64,000 nt of DNA. Source: Nostoc sp. GTDB lineage: Bacteria; Cyanobacteriota; Cyanobacteriia; Cyanobacteriales; Nostocaceae. The stretch is taken from contig NZ_JBALEJ010000001.1 in NCBI RefSeq assembly GCF_036917975.1, forward strand, positions 2,560-66,559. Direction: 5' to 3'. A program made the translations under genes and the position numbers. The notes beneath the pieces are model-generated. The model was not told the origin of the DNA, did no database searches, and saw only the letters and a list, made by a program, of their open reading frames with translations. Below are positions 39,677 through 50,730 of the stretch, piece by piece. How positions within the stretch are numbered: position 1 is the stretch's first letter; every line of letters starts with the position of its first letter.

Positions 39677-39697
39677 GTTAATATTCCCCATTCTCCT

Positions 39698-40660
39698 ATG
39701 GCTAATTTACTTAAATCCCCTTCGGAAACGAATATCCTCGTCGTAGACGATACCCCCGATAATCTACGGTTATTAGCCAAAATGCTAGAGTTGCAGGGTT
39801 ATATCATCCGTAAATCCCTCAACGGGAGAATGGCATTACAAGCTGCTTATCGACATCCGCCGGATCTGATTCTGCTTGACATTAATATGCCCGAAATGAA
39901 CGGATATGAAATTTGTCAACAGTTGAAAGCATCAAAAATAACAAATCACATTCCGATTATTTTTATTAGTGCCCTTGACCAAATCAATGATAAATTGCAG
40001 GCTTTTGAACTAGGTGGACAAGACTATATCACCAAGCCATTTCAAGAACTTGAAGTGCTAATGCGAGTCAGAAATCAGCTATTCATCAAACAGCAACACC
40101 AACAACTTCTTGAACAAAATCAACGCCTAGAGGGTGAAATTCAGGAACGCCTGAAGGCTGAAGCAGAGGTAAGGCAGCTATCCCTAACTGATGAGTTGAC
40201 AGGATTATATAATCGACGTGGTTTCTTTTGGCTGGCAAATCATCAATTCAAAATTGCCCGACGCACACAAGTATTTTGCTGTCTTTTGTTTGTTGATTTA
40301 GATGATTTAAAGCAGATTAATGATTCTCTAGGGCATGAAATAGGAGACAGAGCGATCGTTGACACAGCCCAATTACTAAAACAAAGCTTCCGTGAGTCGG
40401 ATATTGTTGCCCGTATAGGAGGAGATGAGTTTGTAATATTTATTTCTGTCTGCTCCCCAGACAATACAGATGAATTTCGTCCGCGATTGCAAGAAAATAT
40501 TGAGCGCTTTAATCAAGAGCATAATTACTCATATCAACTATCTATAAGTGTTGGTGCCACCCAATGTGCTTTAAATGAAAACGTTTCACTAGAACAATTG
40601 CTAGAAGAGGCTGACAAGCTCATGTATGAGCATAAACGTGCTAAACGTCTCGTAATTTAA
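39698..40660 (+). CDS. Response regulator-diguanylate cyclase (REC-GGDEF)
   Basis: LLDINMPEMNG phospho-acceptor region, ITKPF, coiled linker, RIGGDEF active site, and RESD I-site five residues upstream. Confidence 0.9.
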   Translation: MANLLKSPSETNILVVDDTPDNLRLLAKMLELQGYIIRKSLNGRMALQAAYRHPPDLILLDINMPEMNGYEICQQLKASKITNHIPIIFISALDQINDKLQAFELGGQDYITKPFQELEVLMRVRNQLFIKQQHQQLLEQNQRLEGEIQERLKAEAEVRQLSLTDELTGLYNRRGFFWLANHQFKIARRTQVFCCLLFVDLDDLKQINDSLGHEIGDRAIVDTAQLLKQSFRESDIVARIGGDEFVIFISVCSPDNTDEFRPRLQENIERFNQEHNYSYQLSISVGATQCALNENVSLEQLLEEADKLMYEHKRAKRLVI

Positions 40661-40760
40661 AAAATATAAATATTGGCATCAGTCGCCAGAATTCAATTCT
40701 GAATTCTGTATGACTGGTGAGCCAACGCTTGGATTAAAATCTTTTTACCTATTCCAAATG

Positions 40761-41555
40761 TTATTTACCTGTAAGCTTCACTAGTCCTACACCACCGAAA
40801 TAAAGCCCTAAAACTGCTCCCGCTAAAAGACTTTGAGTCAGGGGGTCAGTAGAAGGTGTCAGGACGGCTCCTAAAACCACTGCTCCCATAATCACGTAAC
40901 GCCAACCAGAAACCATCTGTTGAGACGAGACAATATTCAAATTACCAAGCAACAATTGGATGATGGGAATTTGAAATGCTAAACCAGTGCTGAATAACAG
41001 TAGCAGCACAAATTCAAAATATTTATCAATTGACCAAAGTTGTTCGACTACATCTGCTCCGTAACTAATGAAAAATTTCAAGGCGGCGGGGATAAGAAGT
41101 AAATAGGCAAATACTAAACCTGCCCCAAACAGCACACTCGAACCCAAAACCACAGGCCCCAGTAAACGGCGTTCGCGGCGAGTCAGTCCTGGAACCACAA
41201 ACTGGATAATCTGGTAAAGAATAAAAGGACTAGAAATTATGAAGCCAGTGTAAGCTGCCACTTTGAGGGAGACAAAGAAATATTCTCCGGGTGCAAGTTG
41301 GAGAAATTTTACTCCTTGTGCTGGAACCTCAAGTAGTTGGACAATGGGCTTAACGGCAAAGAAACAGCCGATAATGCCCACAGCTACGGCAATGAGCGAA
41401 TAAAAAATCCGCTGCCGCAACTCTTCTAGGTGGTCGAAAAGGGACATTTCGATTTCACCTGGCAACTCATCAAGAGGATCGGTGTCTGAGTTGCCATATC
41501 CTTCAGGATCGATGTTGGGAACGTCTACAGTATCTACGTCTTGTGAAGGGGTCAT
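40761..41555 (-). CDS. tatC: Twin-arginine translocase subunit TatC
   Basis: [14 protein letters not shown] motif and six predicted TM segments. Confidence 0.9.
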   Translation of the reverse strand: MTPSQDVDTVDVPNIDPEGYGNSDTDPLDELPGEIEMSLFDHLEELRQRIFYSLIAVAVGIIGCFFAVKPIVQLLEVPAQGVKFLQLAPGEYFFVSLKVAAYTGFIISSPFILYQIIQFVVPGLTRRERRLLGPVVLGSSVLFGAGLVFAYLLLIPAALKFFISYGADVVEQLWSIDKYFEFVLLLLFSTGLAFQIPIIQLLLGNLNIVSSQQMVSGWRYVIMGAVVLGAVLTPSTDPLTQSLLAGAVLGLYFGGVGLVKLTGK

Positions 41556-41764
41556 GAGTTAGCTACTAGGCAACATTTGTTAACTATTTTATCTGGGGAA
41601 TGGAGTTACTAAGATATGTTTTTGGGTGCTGTGGGTTTTTTGTCCTGTTTTTTGGGTTTGCATCTGCATAAGTTAGTAGGAAGCCATCTTGTAGGCAATG
41701 CCTAACCTAAAAAAAGGGTGGAACCGATAATTAAGAAATCACGTCTCTGCTGCTAGTAGCGCTG

Positions 41765-41935
41765 AATGAAGAGTGCTGAGTTCCGAGTGCTGAGTGCTGA
41801 GTTGAAAGACCGCCCACGTTCGCGCAGCGTCTCGCAGAGAGGGGCATAGCAAAAACCCAAGTGCGAAAGTACCGAGTACTCCTCTTCTTACTCAGCACGG
41901 GCTAAACGCCCCGCTACCGCTAACAGCACTGAGTA
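41765..41935. repeat. Composite repeat capped by GAGTGCT/AGCACTC heptamer units
   Basis: gagtgctgagttccgagtgctgagtgctgagtt ... ctcagcac ... cagcactgagta. Confidence 0.65.
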
Positions 41936-42284
41936 TGGTAAATTCACACAACTTCAAAACTTCAACATTTAACACTCAGTTTTAAAAATCCGGTTCATCA
42001 AGGTGGCATCTATACATAGCGTAATCGGAAATTTTTAGCTGAGGTTGGGTATGAACCGGACAATTTGCATTGCCCTCATGGCATTGCCTATTTATTTATA
42101 CAATGTTGAGCTAGGCAATACTTGTAGTAGTGACGTGACAATTGTTAAAAACCAGTTTTCCACAATAGCTGCTCTAATTGCTTACAGTACAAATGCTCAA
42201 TCACGCATATTACCGTGGCAAATATCGGCTAGAGATGACCAAACCGAAGATTGCCTTCGGCTTGGTATTTGCAAAGATTGATAC

Positions 42285-42318
42285 TAATTCGTAATTCGTA
42301 ATTCGTAATTCGTAATTA
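42285..42318. repeat. Heptamer array (TAATTCG) x4
   Basis: taattcgtaattcgtaattcgtaattcgtaatta, upstream of the SDR gene. Confidence 0.9.
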
Positions 42319-42345
42319 CGGCAGCCCCATCATCAAAGAAAATTA

Positions 42346-43203
42346 ATGGTTGTAGAATATCAACGTACAGTAGTGGTTACAGGAGCCTCAACAGGAATTG
42401 GTCAGGCCACTGCTTTGCTTTTAGACCAGTTGGGCTTCTCTGTTTTTGCTGGAGTGCGTCAAGATATTGATGCTCAAACACTTAAACAGAAAGGATCGCC
42501 AAGGCTGATTCCGATTTTTTTAGATGTTACTGACGCTGAATCGATCGCAGATGCGGTTGATAAGGTAACAAATGCAATCGGTGGTGGGGGAATTTTGGGT
42601 TTAGTAAATAATGCCGGAATTGCTGTCCCTGGCCCTTTAGAATTATTAGCGATCGCCGAATTTCAGCAACAAATGCTGGTTAATGTCACCGGACAATTAG
42701 CAGTCACACAAGCATTTCTTGGTCTATTACGCCAGAGTCGGGGGCGAATTGTCAATATGGGTTCCATTGCTGGTAGAAGTCCGACGCCGTTCTTGGGAGC
42801 TTACAATGCGTCAAAATTTGCCCTCGTTGCACTCACTGATGTGCTGCGGATGGAGTTAAGACCTTGGGGAATCTCCGTTTCTATTATCGAACCTGGTGCG
42901 ATCGCTACTCCAATTTGGGAAAAGTCTCTCAGTCAATCGGAAATAGCACAGGATGATTTACCACAATCGGCACAAAATCTCTACGGGCAAGCAATGAATA
43001 TTGTCCGCAAAAAAATGCAGATTCTTGCATCTGGGGGAATTTCTGCGGATATTGTCGCTCAAACCGTTGTTGAGGCGCTCACTGCAAAGAGACCTAAGAC
43101 GCGCTATCTTGTTGGACAAGATGCCAAAATTGGAGCGTTGCTAAAGCATATTTTGCCCGATCGCCTACATGATAGGATAATTTTATACTCAATGGGGCTG
43201 TAA
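42346..43203 (+). CDS. Short-chain dehydrogenase/reductase (SDR)
   Basis: TGASTGIG cofactor motif, NNAG, catalytic YNASK. Confidence 0.9.
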   Translation: MVVEYQRTVVVTGASTGIGQATALLLDQLGFSVFAGVRQDIDAQTLKQKGSPRLIPIFLDVTDAESIADAVDKVTNAIGGGGILGLVNNAGIAVPGPLELLAIAEFQQQMLVNVTGQLAVTQAFLGLLRQSRGRIVNMGSIAGRSPTPFLGAYNASKFALVALTDVLRMELRPWGISVSIIEPGAIATPIWEKSLSQSEIAQDDLPQSAQNLYGQAMNIVRKKMQILASGGISADIVAQTVVEALTAKRPKTRYLVGQDAKIGALLKHILPDRLHDRIILYSMGL

Positions 43204-43209
43204 ATTACT

Positions 43210-43870
43210 GATTGTCAATCAATTTTGGATTTTAGATTTGCGATAGCGTAGCGTTAGCGAGTCCGCGAGCGTCTTTTGGATTGATTGCACCTACTCTTGG
43301 CCCGCATTTCTCACAAGCTCCCCTGCTCCCCTCGCGGGTGAAGTAATGAGATGTGGTGAGAAATCCAGGTTGGGTTGCAGCTTGGGGATTTTGGATTGAC
43401 GTAAGCGTTGCGTAAAGCCTTCTCTTCTGCTTCTCCTGTCGGAGACGCTAACGCGAACGAGAGGTAACGCCTTCAGCATGGCAACGCTTAGAGCGAGTCC
43501 GCGTACCCTTTCAGGGAAGCAAGCTACGCTTTTAGCGTCTCGTAGAGAGCGTCTTTTAGATTTGTTCCGCTTGACTTCGGGCGGGGCTTGAACCAAAAAA
43601 CAATTCCATTTTCCAAAATCTAAAATCTAAAATTGGCACGGTAAAGCTTGAGCTTTTTCTCCAGATTTGTACCTCAACCTTGCATTTGTGCTTACATGGT
43701 TATTGTCTGGGTATGCCATCCCAAAACCTAGTACCGCAAGGCGGAATTCAAAATGACGCTCGTTCGCTCTTAGCGTCTCCCCTTGGGAGAAGACTCGCTT
43801 GCCGCCGGCGCTAACAAAATTCAAAATTCAAAATGAATGCAGCGTAAGCGTTTCATCGATTTTGAATGGG
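43210..43870. repeat. ~650-bp mosaic of dispersed repeats and heptamer arrays; no credible CDS
   Basis: Contains gcgttagcgagtccgcgagcgtc (43240-43273), ccaaaatctaaaatctaaaat, caaaattcaaaattcaaaat and the gagacgctaacgcgaacg family. Confidence 0.7.
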
Positions 43871-44058
43871 TGGTTTATTTACGCCGTGTTGTACTAGTAA
43901 ACTAAGTAGAGTCAAAGCAAAAACATTAACATACTTAAGATCAGGCTGCATAATAAAATACTGTCTATTCCAGGAAGGTAAATATTAAATCAAGAAGTCT
44001 GGCAACGCAATTAATTTTTATTGATTTGGAAAATTTATAGGTGCTGAGAAATTTGAAG

Positions 44059-44562
44059 ATGTCAGAAGAAAAACCCAGCCAACCAAAACTACCACCAACC
44101 AGCGCCATTGACAATCCATCAAGTCATGAATTTGGGAATTGGTTTGAATATCCTGTGAGAGTGCAACCCCACCACACTGACTATGCCGGTCTTGTTTGGC
44201 ACGGTTCCTATCTAGCTTGGATGGAAGAAGCGCGGATTGAATGCTTGCGATCTATAGGGGTTGAATTTGCTGATTTAGTCGCTATAGGCTGCGATTTACC
44301 AGTTGTAGAACTGTCAGTGCGCTATCACCGTTCAATTCAATTGGGTATGGCAGTGGTGGTAAAAACGCGCATGGCTGAGGTGACTGGTGTCCGAATCAAT
44401 TGGGATTATGCCATTGTCTCAACTGATGGACAACAATTGTACGTCACTGCCAAGGTGACTTTAGTCGCTTTAGATCGCGAAAGAGGCAAGATTATGCGTC
44501 AATTGCCAGCGAGTGTTAAGGATGCTTTAGCCAAGATTTCGGCATTAAATAACAATTTTTAA
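44059..44562 (+). CDS. Acyl-CoA thioesterase, 4HBT/YbgC family (possibly DHNA-CoA hydrolase type)
   Basis: FEYPVRVQPHHTDYAGLVWHGSYLAWMEEARIECLR hotdog-fold motif. Start placed at MSEEKPSQ. Confidence 0.75.
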   Translation: MSEEKPSQPKLPPTSAIDNPSSHEFGNWFEYPVRVQPHHTDYAGLVWHGSYLAWMEEARIECLRSIGVEFADLVAIGCDLPVVELSVRYHRSIQLGMAVVVKTRMAEVTGVRINWDYAIVSTDGQQLYVTAKVTLVALDRERGKIMRQLPASVKDALAKISALNNNF

Positions 44563-44566
44563 TTTT

Positions 44567-44764
44567 CTATTTGCCACTTTGTATCTGGGAGATAGTTTGA
44601 GCAAATTGCGTTACCTGGTGCCAGATATCTTGCGGGGTAATGCCAAAACTGATATTTAATAAGATTAGGATTGCGGCAATAGTCAATGCACTCTTTAGGG
44701 TTGCTTTCAGCAACTTCCACAATATTATGAAGACAATCCAAGCTACAATCAACGTAGCAATCAT
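44567..44764 (-). CDS. Hypothetical small two-helix membrane protein
   Basis: 65 aa with two hydrophobic stretches. No recognised family; the coding status is uncertain. Confidence 0.35.
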   Translation of the reverse strand: MIATLIVAWIVFIILWKLLKATLKSALTIAAILILLNISFGITPQDIWHQVTQFAQTISQIQSGK

Positions 44765-45389
44765 AATATATAAATTCCTTATATTAGCCGTTATCTGAGA
44801 ACCCGTTTATTCAGGGAAGATAAACTTTTATCTGAGTAACAATTATTAGTGCTAAAGCTATTAGACCTAATTTTGAATAGATACTAAAGCTCAGATTTTT
44901 TATGTAGCTGTGCCAATGCCATATTACCTGGAAATTAGACAAAAATGCAGAGCAGAGGCAAGTTATTTGGCAATTTGGCAGAGTTACTGGAAAGACTTTT
45001 TTAAAGCTTTTGTATCAATAATCACAATATACAAGAGTTAGATTAGGACTCCGATTTGATTTTTGAAAACATCCTGAGACTTAAAAGGCTGTTGAATCAG
45101 GGTTTAATTTGACATTTTGTTCAGAAATCAGACAGGAGTTCTAATAGTTGCCAAAAAATCTATTTGGCGACTAGTAATTTAATGATTACTGTATCAACTC
45201 GAAGGAGTCAAAAAACTTTCTGACATCACTGACTTGAGTCATCTGGAGAGAATATTTTCTATTCTGGTGCTGGTGCGATCGCATTTATTGGGGATTGGGG
45301 TTTCTGGGAGGGCGATCGCGTTCATCGACAAGTTGCGATAGGATTGAAAAATATAGATATACAGCCTATGAGTGCGATCGCCTAATATT

Positions 45390-45626
45390 ATGCAACAAAT
45401 AGATATTACTGACATATCCGTTACCATAAATCAACTGCTTAACCAAGTTAAAAATGGCGAAGAAATAGTGATTATTAGTCATGGTAAACCCGTCGCTCGG
45501 TTGTCATCAATCTCACATATACCTCAACCTTTAACATCTCGCCACAAACTAAGAGCTACCCAATCTCAGACACTAGCCAGTAATGTAGAAATCATTCAAA
45601 GTTTACGTCAAGAGGCAAGGTATTGA
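45390..45626 (+). CDS. Phd/YefM-type antitoxin
   Basis: INQLLNQVKNGEEIVIISHGKPVARL. The stop overlaps the downstream PIN gene start (TTGA). Confidence 0.75.
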   Translation: MQQIDITDISVTINQLLNQVKNGEEIVIISHGKPVARLSSISHIPQPLTSRHKLRATQSQTLASNVEIIQSLRQEARY

Positions 45627-46057
45627 TCTACCTAGACACAAGCTTTCTTGCACCTTTCTACATCCAAGAAGCAACTAGTACATCAGTTGAGACAATCCTG
45701 CTTAATATACCTACTCATAAATTAGCCATTAGCGATTGGACAACCGTCGAGTTTACCAGTCTTGTGTCCCGTCGCGTTCGGATGAATGAGTTGAATCTAG
45801 AACAAATGGAAGCGGTAATACACTCATTTAAAGAAGATGCAGTTCAATCTTACACAGTTTTTACAGTGACAACTGCTGATTTTATTCTCGCAGCTGAATT
45901 TATCCAGCAATGGGAAACCGGATTGAGAGCAGGAGACGCTTTACATTTAGCAATCGCTCGCAACCACAGCATAGAAAATCTTCTCTCACTAGATCGTAGA
46001 CTTATTGATGCTGCTCGACAATTAAGCATTCCCTCAGATTCGGGTGGACTTCTTTAA
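45623..46057 (+). CDS. vapC: PIN-domain toxin (VapC type)
   Basis: IYLDTSFL N-terminal acidic motif and GDALHLAIA; TTG start coupled to the antitoxin. Confidence 0.8.
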   Translation: MIYLDTSFLAPFYIQEATSTSVETILLNIPTHKLAISDWTTVEFTSLVSRRVRMNELNLEQMEAVIHSFKEDAVQSYTVFTVTTADFILAAEFIQQWETGLRAGDALHLAIARNHSIENLLSLDRRLIDAARQLSIPSDSGGLL

Positions 46058-46170
46058 GATTGAAGCACAAATTATCATTGCGTTTTGGTGATTTTGGGGA
46101 GAATGCGATGTCTGACGACAAGCCTTACGGCTACGCATTTTTGATATTGGGGAAGTGTGATATTTGACCG

Positions 46171-46199
46171 TTAGCCTTCAGCATTAGGCTGAAGGCTAA
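46171..46199. terminator. Hairpin between convergent vapC and dxr (possible bidirectional terminator)
   Basis: ttagccttcagc atta(g) gctgaaggctaa, a 12-bp stem. Confidence 0.45.
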
Positions 46200-46256
46200 A
46201 CAAGAATTGGTCAAGAGCCAGAAAATCTGCCTTTTGGATATCTGAATTAAAGGTTT

Positions 46257-47453
46257 TTATCGCAGAGAAATTATCTGCGAGTGAGTCTCTAACTTTTCAG
46301 TCGCTATTAAAACTTCTTGTCTTGCCCATTTATCTGCTGCCAAAATGTCATCTAAAGAGGGATTTGTACGGTTATCATTTTGATGGCGATCGCACACCCA
46401 TTCGATACACCGGGGAATATCTAAAAAGCGAATTTTTTCATCTAAAAATAAAGCCACAGCTTGCTCATTGGCGGCATTCAACACAGCTGGCATGGAACCA
46501 CCAGCTTTCCCCACAGCATAAGCCAACCGCATACAAGGATACTTCTGGTGATCTGGTTCCCGGAAGGTTAAATTTCCAGCTTTGACTAAATCTAGTCGTT
46601 CCCAGTTGGTGTAAATGCGATCAGGCCAAGATAAGGCATACAGCAAAGGTAAGCGCATATCCGGCCAACCGAGTTGGGCTAAAACTGAAGTATCTTGCAA
46701 TTCAATCAGCGAGTGAATGATACTTTGGGGATGAATGACAATTTCGATATTGTCATAATCCAACCCAAACAGAAAGTGAGCCTCAATTACTTCCAGCCCT
46801 TTATTCATCAAAGTAGCAGAATCTACTGTGATTTTCCGCCCCATCGACCAATTCGGATGCTTGAGGGCATCAGCTACGGTTACATCTGCTAATTTTTCTA
46901 CATCCCAGTCTCGGAAAGCCCCACCAGAGGCAGTCAGCAAGATTTTCCGCAAGCCTGCTTTTGGCACACCTTGGAGGCATTGAAAGATTGCGGAATGTTC
47001 GGAATCGGCTGGGAGTAATTTGACACCATGTTTTTCAACTAGGGGTAGAACCACAGGTGCGCCTGCAATTAGGGTTTCTTTGTTCGCTAAGGCAATATCT
47101 TTACCAGCTTCAATCGCTGCGATGGTGGGTAGCAAACCAGCACAACCAACGATCCCCGTAACAACAGTTTGGGCATCGCCGTAACGGGCGACTTCTATCA
47201 CTCCGGCGTCACCCGCCAGTAGAATCGGTTGGGGATCGAGGTCAATGATTGCTTCTTTGAGGGCTGGTAATTGCTCTTCTGAGCAAATTGCTGCTATTTT
47301 CGGTCGAAATTGCCGAATTTGAGCAGCCAACATTTCCACATTGCGCCCAGAGGCCAATCCCACAATCTGAAATTGATCTGGGTACTGAGTGACAATATCT
47401 AAAGTCTGAGTACCAATAGAACCAGTGGAACCAACGAGAGTAATCGCTTTCAC
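46257..47453 (-). CDS. dxr: 1-deoxy-D-xylulose 5-phosphate reductoisomerase
   Basis: [17 protein letters not shown] motif, LANKE, and conserved [10 protein letters not shown]. Confidence 0.95.
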   Translation of the reverse strand: MKAITLVGSTGSIGTQTLDIVTQYPDQFQIVGLASGRNVEMLAAQIRQFRPKIAAICSEEQLPALKEAIIDLDPQPILLAGDAGVIEVARYGDAQTVVTGIVGCAGLLPTIAAIEAGKDIALANKETLIAGAPVVLPLVEKHGVKLLPADSEHSAIFQCLQGVPKAGLRKILLTASGGAFRDWDVEKLADVTVADALKHPNWSMGRKITVDSATLMNKGLEVIEAHFLFGLDYDNIEIVIHPQSIIHSLIELQDTSVLAQLGWPDMRLPLLYALSWPDRIYTNWERLDLVKAGNLTFREPDHQKYPCMRLAYAVGKAGGSMPAVLNAANEQAVALFLDEKIRFLDIPRCIEWVCDRHQNDNRTNPSLDDILAADKWARQEVLIATEKLETHSQIISLR

Positions 47454-48053
47454 AATTGCTTAAGGATTTACAGACAACTCCCACTATAAATTGCTGGGGA
47501 CTCTTTAATCACAGCAATCACCATAATTGATACATTGAGTCCAGGAGTGGGGGGAGGGAAAGTGGCAGGCACACATTATGGAGAATAGGTGATACCAATT
47601 TGAGCAATGATTGGTTTCAGCTTCATGACTGCGATACTTGGTTTGAAGCCACACAAACAATGGATGTAGATAAGCCTAAGCTTGAATGAATGTAAATTCA
47701 TATCTGGCAGAATTTGTACTTTTTTTGTACATATCAGATTGTAACCACGAATACTGTTTGTAAATTAATTGTCCAGCGCAAGTAAATCGGCCAGATGTAT
47801 GATATTCTTTATTTATAGGGAATATAAATCGCTAAAGCACTAAGGATCTCCAAGCACTTGCGCTCTAGTGAAGAAGCCAAATCCCATAAGTTCACCAATA
47901 GTTTGATGAACTGATGATCTTGCTCCACAGTATCTGGAGGATTGTGGAAGTACTTGATCGGTAGCAGTTCCTAAGTTCGGGGGAACTTTACTCTGCTTGC
48001 AGTTCATCAATTACTTTTGGGATAAACCCCTTATTCATTTTTTTAACCGAGTA

Positions 48054-48208
48054 CCGTGGGTTTAAGTCCCCCGGTTCAATAACCGGTAAGTTTTGGGTCG
48101 GAGTCTAAATCCCCGGACGCGACACTCGAGTACTCGCTAACGCAGACTCGCTACCGCAACGCTTTCACAAAACTGACTTGCGACTTGCGACTTGCGACTT
48201 GTTTTAAT
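48054..48208. repeat. ~155-bp dispersed repeat, copy B (inverted partner of 22849-23015)
   Basis: The reverse complement aligns with copy A, including the (CAAGTCG)n array and ccggttattgaaccggg. Confidence 0.85.
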
Positions 48209-48281
48209 TTTCATAAATAAATTTAGTTTGCTCTGAGACCCTTTTAGTAGAGGGAGAAATTACTTTTACAAGAAGGCATAG

Positions 48282-48416
48282 CAATACTGTTCGGTTAAGG
48301 CAAGAGACGCGATAAATCGCCGTCTCTACAATAATCAGTTCTTCGTCTTGACGGTGATTTATCGCGTCTTTGTGATCTAGAATTTTCATCAAAAAACCTT
48401 AACCGAACCGTATTGG
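48282..48416. mobile_element. MITE-like element, same family as 5022-5126 (long hairpin form)
   Basis: caatactgttcggttaagg ... agacgcgataaatcgccgtctctaca ... ggtgatttatcgcgtct ... ccttaaccgaaccgtattgg. Confidence 0.75.
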
Positions 48417-48691
48417 AAGGCATAGGGGTAGAGGAGAAAAATGATTTTCGGTACAAGCTATGCCCCTTGTAGGCGGAATCTTCTCTTATTGGAGTAGGTT
48501 CATACTCTGCATATTGTAGGCGGTCAACATCCCCTCTGCCTCTTATTGACCGAAAACGTAAAGGATACAGAGCAACTAAATTTATTTATGGAGAAGCAAA
48601 AAAATGTATTTCTAGACGCACAGCGCATATTTACTACGTCCTTGTTTCAGAGCAACTAAATTTATTTATGGGGATTGTAATTTTGAATTTT

Positions 48692-48723
48692 GTTAGCGCA
48701 GCGTTAGCGAGTCCGCGAGCGTC
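48692..48723. repeat. GCGTTAGCGAGTCCGCGAGCGTC core repeat flanked by TTTTGAA heptamers
   Basis: Same core as at 43240-43273 and 54565-54595. Confidence 0.85.
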
Positions 48724-49293
48724 ATTTTGAATTTTGAATTACCCGAAGGGGTTGACTTTCTTCAGCATAGCTGCTTTTCTTCGCTCATACTACTTTTAGT
48801 AGCCAATATGAAAGTAATTTATATCATCTTGAAATAATAGTGTCAAAAGACAATCTGTCAAACCATAATTATGTTTAAAATATTTTTTTAGGATTTTATT
48901 TACAGGCTTGCAAGACAGTCTGTCAGAGACTTTTGTTGAATTATTGTGTTAGATTTATCAATAAAAATGATAGCAGATTAAAGAGCATTTATTGAAATTT
49001 CTGTCAGATAATTGTTTTTAAATTTGCTATAAAAAAGTGGCAACAAATACAGAATAGAACTCAATATTTTTAGTTAAATATGAAATATCAAGAGCCAGAG
49101 TTAAAGAACCTATTCATCTAAACAATGAAGTTTTGAGATTGAAAAGCTTTGTTGTTTATAGAGTCTAATTCTTAATCATTAACTCCATCCAACAATTACA
49201 AAAAATTGTGGGGTAGAGTTTCATGATTTTCGACTCATTCAATATTTAGACCTATCAAGATTGCCTGATGGCAATAGATTTGGAGGATACACT

Positions 49294-50730
49294 ATGAGTT
49301 TTCTCTCAGATACAGTGATGCTTTCGCGCATCCAATTTGCTGTCACCAGCATCTTCCACATGTTTTGGCCTATCCTGACAATTGGGATGTCTTGGTATTT
49401 GGTGGTCATGGAAATACTGTGGCTAAAAATGAAAAATCCTGACTACTATCGCCATGCACGTTTTTGGTCAAAAATCTACATTCTTAACTTTGGTCTTGGT
49501 GTTGCTTCTGGTGTAGCGATTGAATTTGAATTTGGTGCAAACTGGGCACCATTTTCTTTAGCTGTTGGTGACTTTTTAGGCAGTATTTTAGGCTTTGAAG
49601 GCACGATGGCATTTATGTTAGAGGCTGCTTTCCTCGGCATTATGATACATGGTTGGAATCGGGTTCCACCGATTATGCACTTGTTAGCAACTATGTTTGT
49701 GGCAATTGGTGCTACGCTCTCATCTTTCTGGATTATTGTCGCCAATTCATGGATGCAAACACCAGCAGGTGGGGAAATGGTGAATGGTAAATTTTTGGTT
49801 CGTAGTTACCTAGAAGCCATTTTTAACCCAGCAGCTTTGAATAGCTGGTTTCACATGGTATTGGCTATTCTCGAAACCGCCTTGTTTGTAATTGGTGGGA
49901 TCAGTGCTTGGTATATCCTCAACAAACGCCATCAAGCATTTTTCAGTAAATCTTTCAAAACAGCGATCGCTCTGGCTATTCTCATCACTCCACTGCAAAT
50001 TCTTGTTGGTCACTTCAGTGGTGAACAAGTATACCACAACCAACCTACCAAATTAGCAGCAATGGAAGCTTTGTGGGAAACTGTACCGGCTGGTGAGTCT
50101 GCACCTTGGAATATTTTGGTTATACCGAATGTCAAAGAGGGTAAGAATAACTGGGCACTCAGTGTACCAGGCGGTTTAAGCAGGGTTTTGGAAATGAAGC
50201 CCAAGCTTTCCGAACCTGTACTTGGTTTAAATGAGTGGAGACCTCAAGATCGGCCCCATGCGGTTTCCCTAATATTTTATACTTTCCGCATCATGGCAGG
50301 TATTGGCTTCCTGCTCGTGGGTTTGATGGGAGTAAGTGTCATCCAATGGTTACGGGGTAAGCTATCTGTAGAAAATATTACCGAACAACCCTGGTTGATG
50401 CGTGCTTGGATATTGGCTGCACCTTTAGGATATCTTGCTGTTGAATGTGGCTGGATGGTGCGAGAAGTTGGTAGACAACCTTGGATTGTTTACGGACAAA
50501 TCCGTACTGCTGATGCTGTTTCTAATGTACCAGCAAGCAATGTTCTAGTTTCACTAATTGCCTACACCAGCATCTACCTGCTGTTATTCGCCAGCGCTTT
50601 ATACTTTGGTAGCCGTATTGTCCGCCAAGGGCCAAATTTAGAACTACCATTGCCCAATCATGCTTTTCTACAAAACAGCAAGACAGAAAACATTACCGCA
50701 ACACAACCGGAGATTTCATGGAAGCCATAA
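49294..50730 (+). CDS. cydA: Cytochrome bd quinol oxidase subunit I
   Basis: MLSRIQFAVTSIFHMFWP N-terminus. ATG at 49294 follows GGAGGA. Confidence 0.9.
   Translation: MSFLSDTVMLSRIQFAVTSIFHMFWPILTIGMSWYLVVMEILWLKMKNPDYYRHARFWSKIYILNFGLGVASGVAIEFEFGANWAPFSLAVGDFLGSILGFEGTMAFMLEAAFLGIMIHGWNRVPPIMHLLATMFVAIGATLSSFWIIVANSWMQTPAGGEMVNGKFLVRSYLEAIFNPAALNSWFHMVLAILETALFVIGGISAWYILNKRHQAFFSKSFKTAIALAILITPLQILVGHFSGEQVYHNQPTKLAAMEALWETVPAGESAPWNILVIPNVKEGKNNWALSVPGGLSRVLEMKPKLSEPVLGLNEWRPQDRPHAVSLIFYTFRIMAGIGFLLVGLMGVSVIQWLRGKLSVENITEQPWLMRAWILAAPLGYLAVECGWMVREVGRQPWIVYGQIRTADAVSNVPASNVLVSLIAYTSIYLLLFASALYFGSRIVRQGPNLELPLPNHAFLQNSKTENITATQPEISWKP

Noticed and set aside
42045-42281. 78-aa ORF upstream of the SDR gene.
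   Set aside because: It has a non-ATG start, no recognisable motif, and sits between repeat tracts. The evidence for a gene is insufficient.
47820-48053. Possible transposase remnant left of repeat copy B.
   Set aside because: Short open stretches in several frames (e.g. ILQILWSKIISSSNYW) matched no transposase motif I could recognise, and stops are frequent in all frames.
48568-48671. Two identical 24-nt direct repeats 80 bp apart as a possible mini-CRISPR, and the heptamer arrays as CRISPR-like.
   Set aside because: There are only two direct copies plus one inverted copy, the repeat is short and AT-rich without typical CRISPR repeat structure, and there are no cas genes. The heptamer arrays have no spacers.
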